Source: Vulcanimicrobiota bacterium
GTDB taxonomy: Bacteria; Vulcanimicrobiota; Vulcanimicrobiia; Vulcanimicrobiales; Vulcanimicrobiaceae
DNA: 64,000 nt
NCBI GenBank assembly: GCA_963695225.1
Contig: OY968762.1
Span: 2,080,001-2,144,000, forward strand
Direction: 5' to 3'
In this document: one piece after another, positions 10,848 to 20,700 of the stretch
Numbering within the stretch: the stretch's first letter is position 1
How the letters are laid out: each line of letters begins with the position of its first letter
Translations under genes and position numbers: made by a program
The notes under the pieces: model-generated
The model's database searches: none
Seen by the model: only the letters and a program-made list of their open reading frames with translations
What the model was told of the DNA's origin: nothing

Positions 10848-12892
10848 CAGGAGTGACCGTGCGCTTCCTTCTCGGGATCGTCGACGTAATCGAGGTAGAC
10901 GAGTCCGAGGAAGATTTCGAGCGCTTTTGCGTGCATTCCCCGCGCGTTCGCGACGTCGACGATTCGCCGGTTCGTGCTCTTCGCTTCCGCGACGACCGCC
11001 TCCGGCGTCGTGTTCGTGTCGGCCGCGACGATCGCCGCCGCGGCGACCTCGCCCGGGGTGAGGTCGCCGTGGAGCATCGTGTCGAGGTCGAGCCCCGGAT
11101 TCTTGACGCGGACGAGCAGGGCGCGTTGTAACGTGGCATAACGGTCTTGCGGATAGCCGACGCCCGTCATCGTGATCCGCGTCTGGAGCTGGCGCGAGCG
11201 CGCGAGGTTGTAGACCTGCGACGCTTGCGATCCGGCGACGCCGGCTTTCGAGAGCGAATCGCTCGTCTTCGCGATCTCGGGCGCCAGCGCGTCGTAGTCC
11301 ATCGGGGAAATGTCTCCGCCGAAATCAATGCGCGCCGTCGCGAGCTTCTTGAGCAACGCGTCGAGATCGCCGAGCCCGACGTCGAGCAGCGCGAGCGACG
11401 AACGCGCCGTATCGAGCGCGCGGATCATGTCGCCGTCCGTCAGCTCCATATCCGAGAGCATGCGCGGGTAGCTCGGCAGCATCGCGAGCGACTGCGGCGG
11501 AACCGGCTCGAGCTTGAGGGGCTCGCCGAGCTCTTTGAGGATGTCGGCGTTTTCCTTGACGAGGCCGCCTTCTTTGTTCTTATCGAGCGAACCGATGCCG
11601 GTGATCGCCTCGCCCGACTTTCCGTACGCCGTGTCGATGGAGCGGCTCATCGCGATGAGGTTCTTGACCACGGCTTCGAGCCGGCTGCCCTTGCGGACTT
11701 GGACGCGGCTGAAATCGGGGATCTCGTAGCTGATGCTCTGCATACGGCCCTCGAGCGCCTTGAGCAGATCCTTCCCCGCGTCGCGTCGCGTCGCGATCGC
11801 CGCGACGGCCTGCGCCTCGCGATTGTTCGCATCTTCGAGTTCCCGGCGCAACGGCGCGAGATTCGGACGCAGCAGAGTGAAGCGCGTTTCGCTCTCGCGC
11901 AGGCTGCGAATGTTCTCGAGCGCGGCAGTTCGCGTTTCGGGCGAGCCTTTCGCCGCGGCCTCCGCGAGCGTTTGCTGGCTCTTGGAAGTCTGCCCGAGCG
12001 CTATCTGCGTTTGGCCGAGATGGAGGAGCGCGATCGCGTTCCCGGGATCGGCTTTGAGGACCGCGTTGAACTTCGTCGCCGCGATGTTGTAGCGTGCGGT
12101 CTCCTGATCGTGCACGGCTTGCACGAGCAGCTGTTCGGTCGTGCGCTTCTTCGGGTCGAGTTGTTCGTAGCCGACGAGATGAGCGATACGGTCGTCGATG
12201 CCCGGATGATCGGCCAGATACTTGTCGACGATGCTCGCGTGCCCTTCGTTCAGCGCCCCGAGATGGCGCATGACGGAAACCATCGCGTCTGGATCGTAAC
12301 CCGCGCGCGACATCAAGAGCAGGCCGTACTGGTCGGCCTGCAGCTCTTGCACGCGCGAGATCTTCGCCATGGCGCCCGCCTGCGCGAGTTCGCCGAAACG
12401 ATAGAGGAACGGCGAGAAGAGCGAGGCGATGCCGAAGAGTATGTTGATCGCCTGCGCCTTGGCCGGGTACGTTACGCCGTGCCGGCGTTCGTTGTGTCCG
12501 GTTTCGTGCCCGAGGATGCCGGCCAGTTCGTCGTCGGATTGCACGAAGTCGAGCAAACCTTCGTTGACGTAGAGATAACCGCCGAGCGTATTGAACGCGT
12601 TGATGTCCTCGACGTCGAGGATCTTGGCGTTGTACGGGACGTCTTTGCGCGCGACTTGCGCCCAGAGCTTCTGCGTGACGTCGCCGACCCAGGCGTTGAG
12701 CAACGGATCGGTTACGACCGTCGAGCCCTCGACGATCTGCTTGTCCTGGTCCTTGCCGGCCTGGATCTCCGTCTGCGTCGACACCGCTCCGGCCGGGGCC
12801 GGGGGAACGCTGCCCAGGAGCAGCGAGCAGGCGAGCATGAACGGGAGCAGGCGTCGGAGCATAGGGCGTCCTCGTGTTGCGGAGTCGGTCAC
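10847..12892 (-). CDS. M48 family metalloprotease with TPR and helical C-terminal extension
   Basis: Signal peptide, INAFNTLGG, ELAGILGHETGH, ELQADQYG, DHPG; the start may instead be the ATG at 12862. Confidence 0.85.
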   Translation of the reverse strand: MTDSATRGRPMLRRLLPFMLACSLLLGSVPPAPAGAVSTQTEIQAGKDQDKQIVEGSTVVTDPLLNAWVGDVTQKLWAQVARKDVPYNAKILDVEDINAFNTLGGYLYVNEGLLDFVQSDDELAGILGHETGHNERRHGVTYPAKAQAINILFGIASLFSPFLYRFGELAQAGAMAKISRVQELQADQYGLLLMSRAGYDPDAMVSVMRHLGALNEGHASIVDKYLADHPGIDDRIAHLVGYEQLDPKKRTTEQLLVQAVHDQETARYNIAATKFNAVLKADPGNAIALLHLGQTQIALGQTSKSQQTLAEAAAKGSPETRTAALENIRSLRESETRFTLLRPNLAPLRRELEDANNREAQAVAAIATRRDAGKDLLKALEGRMQSISYEIPDFSRVQVRKGSRLEAVVKNLIAMSRSIDTAYGKSGEAITGIGSLDKNKEGGLVKENADILKELGEPLKLEPVPPQSLAMLPSYPRMLSDMELTDGDMIRALDTARSSLALLDVGLGDLDALLKKLATARIDFGGDISPMDYDALAPEIAKTSDSLSKAGVAGSQASQVYNLARSRQLQTRITMTGVGYPQDRYATLQRALLVRVKNPGLDLDTMLHGDLTPGEVAAAAIVAADTNTTPEAVVAEAKSTNRRIVDVANARGMHAKALEIFLGLVYLDYVDDPEKEAHGHS

Positions 12893-13027
12893 ATTCGATG
12901 AACGCAGATGGCCCTCCGTTCGCTGCGCGCTTCGCCGCCCGCCGGCGCAAGGCGATTCAAGCGAGCGAAAAGTCGCCTGTGGATAGGAGAGGTCGTCGAC
13001 CCCATCCTGTGGGAACCATCATCCCCA

Positions 13028-13852
13028 ATGGTGGTACGCGGAACAGCCGCGGGGCTCGAATTCGTCTTTGGCGAGGGCTCGTTCGATGAAACATCGGCCG
13101 AGGTATGCAGGCGTCTCGCCGAGCGGCCCGAGTTCTATCGCGGCAGCAAGGCCGCGGCGATCTTCGCAGGATCGCCGCCCGACGACGAAGCATTCGCGCG
13201 GTTCGTCGCGCACGTTGCCGGCAGCGGCATAACGCTGCGCGGGCTCTTCGGCTCCGAAGAAATCGCCGCGTTCGCCGCACGCAACGCGCTCGAGTATCTC
13301 GGCACTCCGCGCTCGAGCGCCGTCGCCGTGCTCGAGCGTAAGCGCGCCGCGCCGCCGGATGACGCGCTCCCGCTCTCCGAACGCGCGCGTTCGCTCGACG
13401 CGGATTTCGCCGGCGCCCGCACCGATCTCGCGCGCCGCCGCAAGCCGCGCGCCAAGCGCGGCGGGGCGCCGGTTCCCGCGAGCGGCGCTGCACCGCTCGC
13501 CGCCGTGCCCGAACGTCCCGCGACGCTCTACCACCGCGGAACGTTGCGCGGCGGCCAAGCGCTCGCGCAAATCGGAAACATCGTCGTCGTCGGCGACGTG
13601 AATCCCGGCGCGGAACTCGTCGCCAGCGGCGACATCGTCGTCTTCGGCTCGCTGCGCGGAACCGCGCACGCGGGTGCGCAAGGCGACCCGAAGGCTCGCG
13701 TGATCGCGCTCGAGCTCGCGCCGACGCAATTGCGCATCGCGACTTGCATCGCGGCGGGCGGCGATCCGGCCCGCCGCACGCTCGAACCACAAGAAGCATT
13801 CATCGACGGCGATCGGATCGCGATCGCGCCGCTGGGGAGGGGACCGCGATGA
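13028..13852 (+). CDS. minC: Septum site-determining protein MinC
   Basis: TLRGGQ...GNIVVVGDVNPGAELVASGDIVVFGSLRGTAHAGAQGD...PTQLRIA. Confidence 0.93.
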   Translation: MVVRGTAAGLEFVFGEGSFDETSAEVCRRLAERPEFYRGSKAAAIFAGSPPDDEAFARFVAHVAGSGITLRGLFGSEEIAAFAARNALEYLGTPRSSAVAVLERKRAAPPDDALPLSERARSLDADFAGARTDLARRRKPRAKRGGAPVPASGAAPLAAVPERPATLYHRGTLRGGQALAQIGNIVVVGDVNPGAELVASGDIVVFGSLRGTAHAGAQGDPKARVIALELAPTQLRIATCIAAGGDPARRTLEPQEAFIDGDRIAIAPLGRGPR

Positions 13853-14646
13853 GCGCACGCCGGATCGTCGTGACATCGGGCAAGGGCGGCGTCGGGAAGA
13901 CGACGACGACCGCGAACGTCGGAGCCGCGCTCGCGCGACGCGGCCAGCGGGTCGTCCTCGTCGACGCCGATATCGGCTTGCGAAACCTCGATCTCGTTCT
14001 CGGCGTCGAGAAGCGGATCGTCTTCGATCTCGTCGAGGTCGTCGAAGGGCGCTGCCAGTTGCGCCAGGCGCTGATCCGCGACAAGCGCATCGAAACGCTA
14101 TCGATCCTCCCCGCCGCGCAAACGCGCGACAAGGATGCGGTCAACGAAGAGCAGATGGCGCGCGTGATGGAGGATCTCGCTGCGTTCTCCGATTACGTGC
14201 TGATCGATTGTCCGGCCGGGATCGAGCAGGGCTTCCGCAACGCGCTCGCGGGCGCTCAGGAGGCGATCGTCGTCACGACGCCCGAAGTCAGCGCGATCCG
14301 CGATGCGGACCGCGTCGTCGGAAAGCTCGGAGAGCGTGGGATGCCGATGCGCTTGATCGTCAATCGCGTCCGCCCGGAGATGGTGAAATCCGGCGACATG
14401 ATGTCCGTCGACGACGTCTGCGAGATCCTCTCCGCCGAGTTGCTCGGCATCGTCCCGGACGCCGAGGAGATCATCGATACGACGAACCGGGGCGAACCGA
14501 TCGTGCTCGACACCACGACGCGCCTTTCGTCGATCTACAACAAGATCGCCCGGCGCCTTTCGGGCGAGCTCGTCCCGTTCACGCGGCTGGAGCCGGAGCC
14601 TGCGGGATTCTTCGACAAGCTGTTCACGATTTGGAAAGTGGGGTAA
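13849..14646 (+). CDS. minD: Septum site-determining ATPase MinD (copy 1)
   Basis: TSGKGGVGKTT, DADIGLRNLD, IDCPAGIEQGF, PEVSAIRDADR, C-terminal amphipathic GFFDKLF. Confidence 0.95.
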   Translation: MSARRIVVTSGKGGVGKTTTTANVGAALARRGQRVVLVDADIGLRNLDLVLGVEKRIVFDLVEVVEGRCQLRQALIRDKRIETLSILPAAQTRDKDAVNEEQMARVMEDLAAFSDYVLIDCPAGIEQGFRNALAGAQEAIVVTTPEVSAIRDADRVVGKLGERGMPMRLIVNRVRPEMVKSGDMMSVDDVCEILSAELLGIVPDAEEIIDTTNRGEPIVLDTTTRLSSIYNKIARRLSGELVPFTRLEPEPAGFFDKLFTIWKVG

Positions 14647-14653
14647 GACGCAC

Positions 14654-15499
14654 GTGCATGAGATGAAGGCGGAACGAGTGGGTGAGGCATCGATCCCCGT
14701 CAAGCGCGGACGCGCGATCGTCGTGACGTCCGGCAAGGGCGGCGTCGGCAAGACGACGGCGACCGCGAACATCGGCGCGGCGCTGGCGAAACGCGGCGCG
14801 CGCGTCTGCCTCGTCGACGCGGACGTCGGCTTGCGCAATCTGGACGTCGTGATGGGGCTTGAGAGTCGCGTGAAGTTTCACGTGCTCGACGTCCTCGAAG
14901 AGAAGTGCGAGCTCGACGAGGCGCTCGTGCGCGACAAGCGTTCGGAGAATCTCTACCTGCTCGCCGCGGCGCAGACGCGCGAGAAGGAAGACGTCGTCAC
15001 CTCGCAGATGAAGGCGCTGGTCGAGCGCCTCACCGAGCAGTTCGATTACGTGTTGATCGATTGCCCCGCCGGAATCGAGTCCGGGTTCCGGAATGCGGTC
15101 GTCGGGGCAGATCACGCGATCGTGATCTGCACGCCCGAGGTCTCGGCCGTTCGCGACGCGGATCGCGTCGTCGGGCTGCTGCCGCCGGACTGGCGCCCGG
15201 AACTGATCATCAACCGCGTGCGCCCGCAAATGGTCAAGCGCGGGAGGATGCTCTCCGTCGAGGACGTCGATTCGATCCTGCGCCTTCCGTTGCTCGGCGT
15301 GATTGCGGACGAGCCCGCGCTCATCGTCGCGACGAACAAGGGCGAGCCGCTCGCGCTCGATCCTTACTCGGCGACGGGGGGCGCCTTCCGCCAGATCGCT
15401 GCGAAACTCGCCGGCGAGCAGGTCAAGGCACCGACGGTCCGTGAGGAACCGGCCGGATTCTTCGGCAAGCTCGGAGCGTTGTTCGGAGGTCGTGCATGA
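14654..15499 (+). CDS. minD: Septum site-determining ATPase MinD (copy 2)
   Basis: TSGKGGVGKTT, DADVGLRNLD, IDCPAGIESGF, PEVSAVRDADR, C-terminal GFFGKLGALF. Confidence 0.93.
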   Translation: MHEMKAERVGEASIPVKRGRAIVVTSGKGGVGKTTATANIGAALAKRGARVCLVDADVGLRNLDVVMGLESRVKFHVLDVLEEKCELDEALVRDKRSENLYLLAAAQTREKEDVVTSQMKALVERLTEQFDYVLIDCPAGIESGFRNAVVGADHAIVICTPEVSAVRDADRVVGLLPPDWRPELIINRVRPQMVKRGRMLSVEDVDSILRLPLLGVIADEPALIVATNKGEPLALDPYSATGGAFRQIAAKLAGEQVKAPTVREEPAGFFGKLGALFGGRA

Positions 15500-16095
15500 T
15501 CGATTTCTTCAAACGCCTCTTCGGATACCAAACCGAAACGTCGGGCGCGACCGCCAAGGAGCGCCTGCGCCTGGTCTTACTCTCCGATCACCTCTCGCTC
15601 GCGCCGGAAACAATCGAGGCGATGAAGCGCGATCTGCTCGAAGTGATCTCGCGTTACGTTGAGATCGACGAGAAGCAGGCCGACGTGAAGTTCGAGCATC
15701 GCGACCGGGAAATCGCGATGCTCGCGAGCGTTCCGGTCCGTTCGGTCCGCCTGCGTCCGCTGCCGCCGCCGTCGAAGCCGCCGTCCCGGCTCTCGCTCGT
15801 CGTGCCTCCGGCTGCGCCTGCGCCCGCCGCCGAACCCCCGGCGGAACCGGCCCCGGCGCTCGGCACCGCCCCGGCCGGTTCTCGGGAACCCGCCCCCGAC
15901 GCGCAGCCGGGCGAGCCCGTCCTCGCGGCGGCTTCGCCGGACCCGCAGGAAGCGCAGCCGGAGGCCGAGCCCGGAGCCGAGCCGGTAGCGCTTGCGGTCC
16001 CCAGGGCCGCGACGAGTTCTGCACGGCGCAGGCGCCGCCGGAAGAAGGCGCAATCGGGCGGGCAGCCGCTGCAGATGAGCGCCGCGCGCTACTAG
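15496..16095 (+). CDS. minE: Cell division topological specificity factor MinE with a long Pro/Ala-rich C-terminal tail
   Basis: MIDFFKRLF...SGATAKERLRLVL..D...MKRDLLEVISRYVEID. Confidence 0.9.
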   Translation: MIDFFKRLFGYQTETSGATAKERLRLVLLSDHLSLAPETIEAMKRDLLEVISRYVEIDEKQADVKFEHRDREIAMLASVPVRSVRLRPLPPPSKPPSRLSLVVPPAAPAPAAEPPAEPAPALGTAPAGSREPAPDAQPGEPVLAAASPDPQEAQPEAEPGAEPVALAVPRAATSSARRRRRRKKAQSGGQPLQMSAARY

Positions 16096-16134
16096 AGCGG
16101 GTCCCCGCCGGGCCTCCGCCCAAATTCGGGCCAC

Positions 16135-17235
16135 GTGGAGCGTCCCTGGTACCGGTCGTTCAATTGGGCTCTGGTTGCGGCTGCGGTCGCCGTCTCGGCG
16201 CTCGGCATCGTCGCGATCCGCTCGGCGGGGCTGCGCAATCCGGCCGGATCGGGCGAGTGGACGAAGCAGTTGATGTACGTCGTCGTCGGCCTCGGGCTGA
16301 TGGGCGCCTTCGCCGCCTTCGACTACATGAAACTCAAGCGCTACGCGCTCGCGCTCTACGTCGCGAATATCCTCCTGCTCGCGATCGTCATGCGCGGCGG
16401 GCACAGCGCGCTCGGCGCGGTGCGCTGGATCTCGCTCGGCCCGCTCGGAACGTTCCAACCGTCGGAACCCGCCAAGCTGATCCTCGCGATCGTCGTCGCG
16501 ACGCTCTTGGCGCGCAAGACGACGGTAGAGCCGCGCGAAATCCTGATCGCGATCGGTGCGGTCGCGCTTCCTTCGCTCTTGATCCTCAAACAGCCGGACC
16601 TCGGCACGACGCTGGTCGTCTTCGCGATCCTCAGCGCCGAGCTGTTCTTCGGCGTCGCGAGGATGTGGCATTTTGGGGTCTATGCGGCGTGCGTCGCGAT
16701 CGCGGGCGCGTTCACCGTCGGTACGAACGTGGTGCTCAAACCGTTCCAGCGGAGCCGGCTGCTCGTCTTCCTCCACCCCGATAGCGATCCGCTCGGAGCC
16801 GGCTACAATCTCAATCAATCGAAGATCGCGGTCGGGAGCGGCGAGCTCTTCGGCAAGGGGCTCCACCACGGGACGCAGACGCAGTTGCACTTCGTCCCCG
16901 AGAACTCGCGGGATTTCATCTTCACCGTCGTCGGCGAGGAACTCGGGCACATCGGCGCGGTCACGCTCGTCGCGCTCTACGCGCTCCTGCTCGGGAGCGC
17001 GCTCCGGGCGGTCGTCGCGGCGCGGGACCGCTTCGGCGTCTTGCTCAGCGTCGGTCTCGTGGCGATGCTGGCGTTCCACGTCGTCGTCAACATCGGAATG
17101 ACGATCGGCATCATGCCGATCACCGGGATCCCGCTCCCGTTCATGTCGTACGGCGGGTCCGCCGTGCTGACCGACTACATCGCGCTCGGCATCCTGCTCA
17201 ACATCGACCTGCAACGCGACAAGCTCGTCTTCTAG
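16135..17235 (+). CDS. rodA: Rod shape-determining protein RodA (SEDS family)
   Basis: RWISLG...FQPSEPAK, QPDLGT, GYNLNQSKIAVGSG, PENSRDFIF, GIPLPFMSYGGS. Confidence 0.93.
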   Translation: MERPWYRSFNWALVAAAVAVSALGIVAIRSAGLRNPAGSGEWTKQLMYVVVGLGLMGAFAAFDYMKLKRYALALYVANILLLAIVMRGGHSALGAVRWISLGPLGTFQPSEPAKLILAIVVATLLARKTTVEPREILIAIGAVALPSLLILKQPDLGTTLVVFAILSAELFFGVARMWHFGVYAACVAIAGAFTVGTNVVLKPFQRSRLLVFLHPDSDPLGAGYNLNQSKIAVGSGELFGKGLHHGTQTQLHFVPENSRDFIFTVVGEELGHIGAVTLVALYALLLGSALRAVVAARDRFGVLLSVGLVAMLAFHVVVNIGMTIGIMPITGIPLPFMSYGGSAVLTDYIALGILLNIDLQRDKLVF

Positions 17236-17282
17236 CGAAGCCATCCCACGGTGCGCATGGAATGCATGGTAGCGTATCGCGG

Positions 17283-17441
17283 GGCCCGCGGGCGGTGCGG
17301 GGCGACGGTCCCCCGCGGGGACGCCCGCGATTTCGCATCCATGCGAAATCGCTACTCGTGCACTTGCCCGCTCCCGCCATCCTGGCTCCGCGGGCAAGCT
17401 GCACGCCCCGCGGGAGACCGTCGCCCCACCCCGCCCGCTAC
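17283..17441 (-). repeat. GGTAG-flanked multi-hairpin dispersed repeat, short form (copy A)
   Basis: Outer inverted repeat of about 30 bp enclosing two hairpins; core shared with copies at 30394, 37524, 39447 and 53571. Confidence 0.9.
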
Positions 17442-17706
17442 CTTACTTGTGGCCGGGCGAGGGCGGCGAAGGACCGCTGCCGGGTGAGGAGGAACAGGCA
17501 GACAAGTCCGAGATGGATTTTTGCCGGTCGCCTTGAGCGCGTTCTCGCTCGTGTGACCGCAGGCACTCTGTCGGACCAGCATTTTCATCCGGGGATCCGC
17601 CCCGGCTCGCATGCGCCCCGTGCCGTTCATCGGCGCCGGGCGGCGACGTGCAGGGTCGGGCGGAATCGAAACTTCCGCGCGGACCCCGCCGAAGCGAGGC
17701 TACTCC

Positions 17707-20700
17707 TTGGCAACAGAACTCCTCATCTCGAGCGACCCCTGGGAAAACCGGGTCGCGGTCCTTGAGGACGGCGCGCTCGCCGAAATCTACATCGAGCGCG
17801 AAGAAAAAGTCATCGGCTCCATCTTCAAAGGGAAGGTCCAGAACGTCCTTCCCGGCATGGGCGCCAGCTTCATCGACATCGGGCTCGGGCGCAACGCATT
17901 CCTCTACGTCGACGACATCAACAAGACGCCGCTGAACATCGGCGACGTCGAAATCTCCCAGGCTCGCTCGGGTTGGACGATCACCGAAAAGGTGAACCGC
18001 GGCGACGACGTCCTGGTGCAGATCGTCAAGGAGCCGCGGGGTCTCAAAGGGGCGCGCGTTTCGACGAACATCTCGCTTCCCGGGCGTTATCTGATCTTGA
18101 TGCCGAACGGCCGGTTCTCCGGCGTTTCGCGCAAGATCGAGAGCGCCGAAGAGCGCAACCGGCTCAAGTCGATGATGAAGTTGATCCGGCCCGAGGGGAT
18201 GGCGACCGTCGTGCGCACTTCCGCGGCCGGCGTCTCGCAGGCGGAGTTGATCGCCGATCTCGGCGTCTTGATCCGCATGTGGCATGGGATCCTCGAATCG
18301 TACAAGCGGGCCGAGCCGCCCGCGCTGATCCACAAGGATATGAACCTGGTCTACAAGGCCGCGCGCGATTTCATCACGCCGGAAGTCGACCGCGTCTTGA
18401 TCGACGATGCCGCCGAGTGCGAGAAGGTGCGCGAGTTCATGCGCCTCCTCGGTCCGCAATACGTCGACCGCATCCAGCACTACAACGGCGGGCGCAGCCT
18501 GTTCAAGGACTTCAAGGTCGACGACGACCTGCAGAAGCTGATGCGGCCGAAGGTCAACTTGCCCTCCGGCGGCTCGATCGTCATCGAGACGACGGAAGCG
18601 CTCACCGTCATCGACGTCAACTCCGGCAAGTTCACCGGCGGGAAGAATCTCGACGACACGATCGTCAAGACGAACGTCGAAGCGGCGGCTGAGATCGCGC
18701 GGCAGGTGCGCCTGCGCGACATCGGCGGGATCATCGTCTGCGATTTCATCGACATGTCGTCGGAAGCCGCGCGCACGAAGGTGATCGATACGCTCAAAGC
18801 CGGGCTCGTCCGCGACCGGACGCGCACGACGATCCAATCGTTCTCGAACCTCGGCTTGCTCGAGTTCACGCGCAAGCGCATCGGCAAGGATCTGGGCGCG
18901 CAACTGCGCGGCCACTGTCCGACCTGCGCGGGCCTCGGCAGCGTGATGTCGCCGGAATCCGTCGCGATCGAGGCGTTTCGCCAATTGCGCCGCTTCGGCG
19001 AAGCGAATAAACCCGACGGCCGGAAGAAGAAACAGGAAGCGGTCGACGTTTTCGCGGCGCCGACGGTCGGCGCGCAACTCGAGTATTGGTACGAAGACGA
19101 GCTGCTTGCGCTCGAGGCGCAACTCGGCCGCACGATCAACATCCGCGTCGATCCGGCGCTCCACCCCGAACGCTTCCGCATCGAACTCTCGACCGACGCC
19201 GTCCAACCAGCCCAGATCGACGGCAAAGCGGTCCGGGTCGGGGACGAGATCGACGTCGAGCTCGTGCACACGAGGATGCCCAATCCGGCGTCGGGGCTCG
19301 CGGTCGTCGGCGACCGGCTCGTTGAGGTCGAAAACGCCGCGAACGCTGCGGGTCAAACGATCAAGATCAAGGTCATCGATATCGACGACGACGGGAACAT
19401 TCTGGTCGAGCCGCGGACGGCCGTTCCCGCCGCAGCATCCGTCGCCGCCGCCTCGGGCGAGGGGAAGCGCCGACGCCGCCGCGGCGGGCGCGGGCGTCGC
19501 AAAGAGCTTACCGTCGCCGAGCAGACCGAGGAACTGCGCGAACTCGCCGAAGAGGCCGCGAAGGGTCTCGACGCGCGAGCCGCGATCGGCATCTCGACCG
19601 GACCCGATCCGGAAGACGATATCGAAGCGCGGGCCCGCGCAGCCGAGCGCAAACAGCAGGCGCCGCAACTCGCGACCGTCACGCCGATCCGCCCGGGCAT
19701 CGAGAGCATCGTCGGCGAGGTCGTCGCCGGTGCCGAGACGGGCGACGGGCGTCGTCGCAAGCGCCGCCGCCGTCGCCGCCGCGGCTCTTCCGACGTCTCC
19801 GCCATTCCGTCGAATCTCCAGGCCGCAGCCGGGAATGAGGCGGAGGCCGACGAGGACCTGGAGACCGCCGACGGGCCGGCACCTTCGGCGGACGCCGAAC
19901 CGGCGGCCGATGCAGATCAGCCGGCTGCCTACGCCTCCTGGCCGCCGAGCGAGGAAGGGGCAGGGCGTCGCCCGCGCCGCCGCCGCCGTCGCCGCCGCGG
20001 ACGCGGTGGAATGGCCGTGATCGACGGAGGCGTGCCGCAGCAGACCGGAGCCGTCCCCGAACGGCAGATCTTCCGAGTCGGTTCCGACGGTGCGGCCGAA
20101 GCCACCGGCGAACAAGCTCCGCCCGAACCCTCGCGCGCGCTCGCTCCGCGGAATCCCGGCGCCGTCGCGGTCGACGCGCCGCCGCCGAGCCTTTCGCTCC
20201 CCGAAGAGAAGCCGAAGCTGGCGCGTCCCGTTCGAGGACGGCGCGCCCGGCCCGCCGCGGCCGCTCCCGCGCTCGAGGCCGCCCCGGATCCGGCGACATC
20301 GCTCCCGCCCCCGGCGGAGCCTCCCGCACCGGCTCAGGCTTCCGAGCCGGCGCCGGCCGTGGCGGATGCGCCGCCGGAGCCTGCGCCCAAGCGCCGGGGA
20401 CGTCCGCGGAAAGCTGAGCCCACGGCCGCCGCTGCTCCGGCAGCGGTTCCGGCCCCGGCCCCGGCGCCCTTGCCCGCCCCGGCTCTCGCACCCGCAGCGG
20501 AGACTCCCGCGAAGCCGGCGACGCGGGCCGGTACGAAGCCGGCTGCTCGCAAGAAGGCAGCGGCCAAGCCGAAGGCGACCGCCAAGGCCGCCGCCTCGAA
20601 ACCCCCGGCGAAGCGCGCGACGACTCGGAAGACGGCGGCCGAGCCCGCCACGGCGCCGAAGACGCCCGCTAGCCGGAAGGCTGCCGCATCCGCCGCCGAC

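Noticed and set aside
17283..17441. Repeat as a tRNA, hammerhead ribozyme or intrinsic terminator
   Set aside because: No T-loop/CCA cloverleaf, no CUGANGA core and no U-tract; copies occur in both orientations relative to genes and inside a CDS.
17198..17765. Short ORFs with shared peptides such as DFAWMRNR (also near 30431 and 53452)
   Set aside because: These are translations of the non-coding repeat in various frames, with no consistent start or RBS.
17443..20115. Long antisense ORFs (e.g. 890 aa opposite rne, 619 aa opposite dnaE2, 688 aa opposite the MFS)
   Set aside because: Shadow ORFs expected in high-GC DNA opposite well-supported genes; no family motifs.
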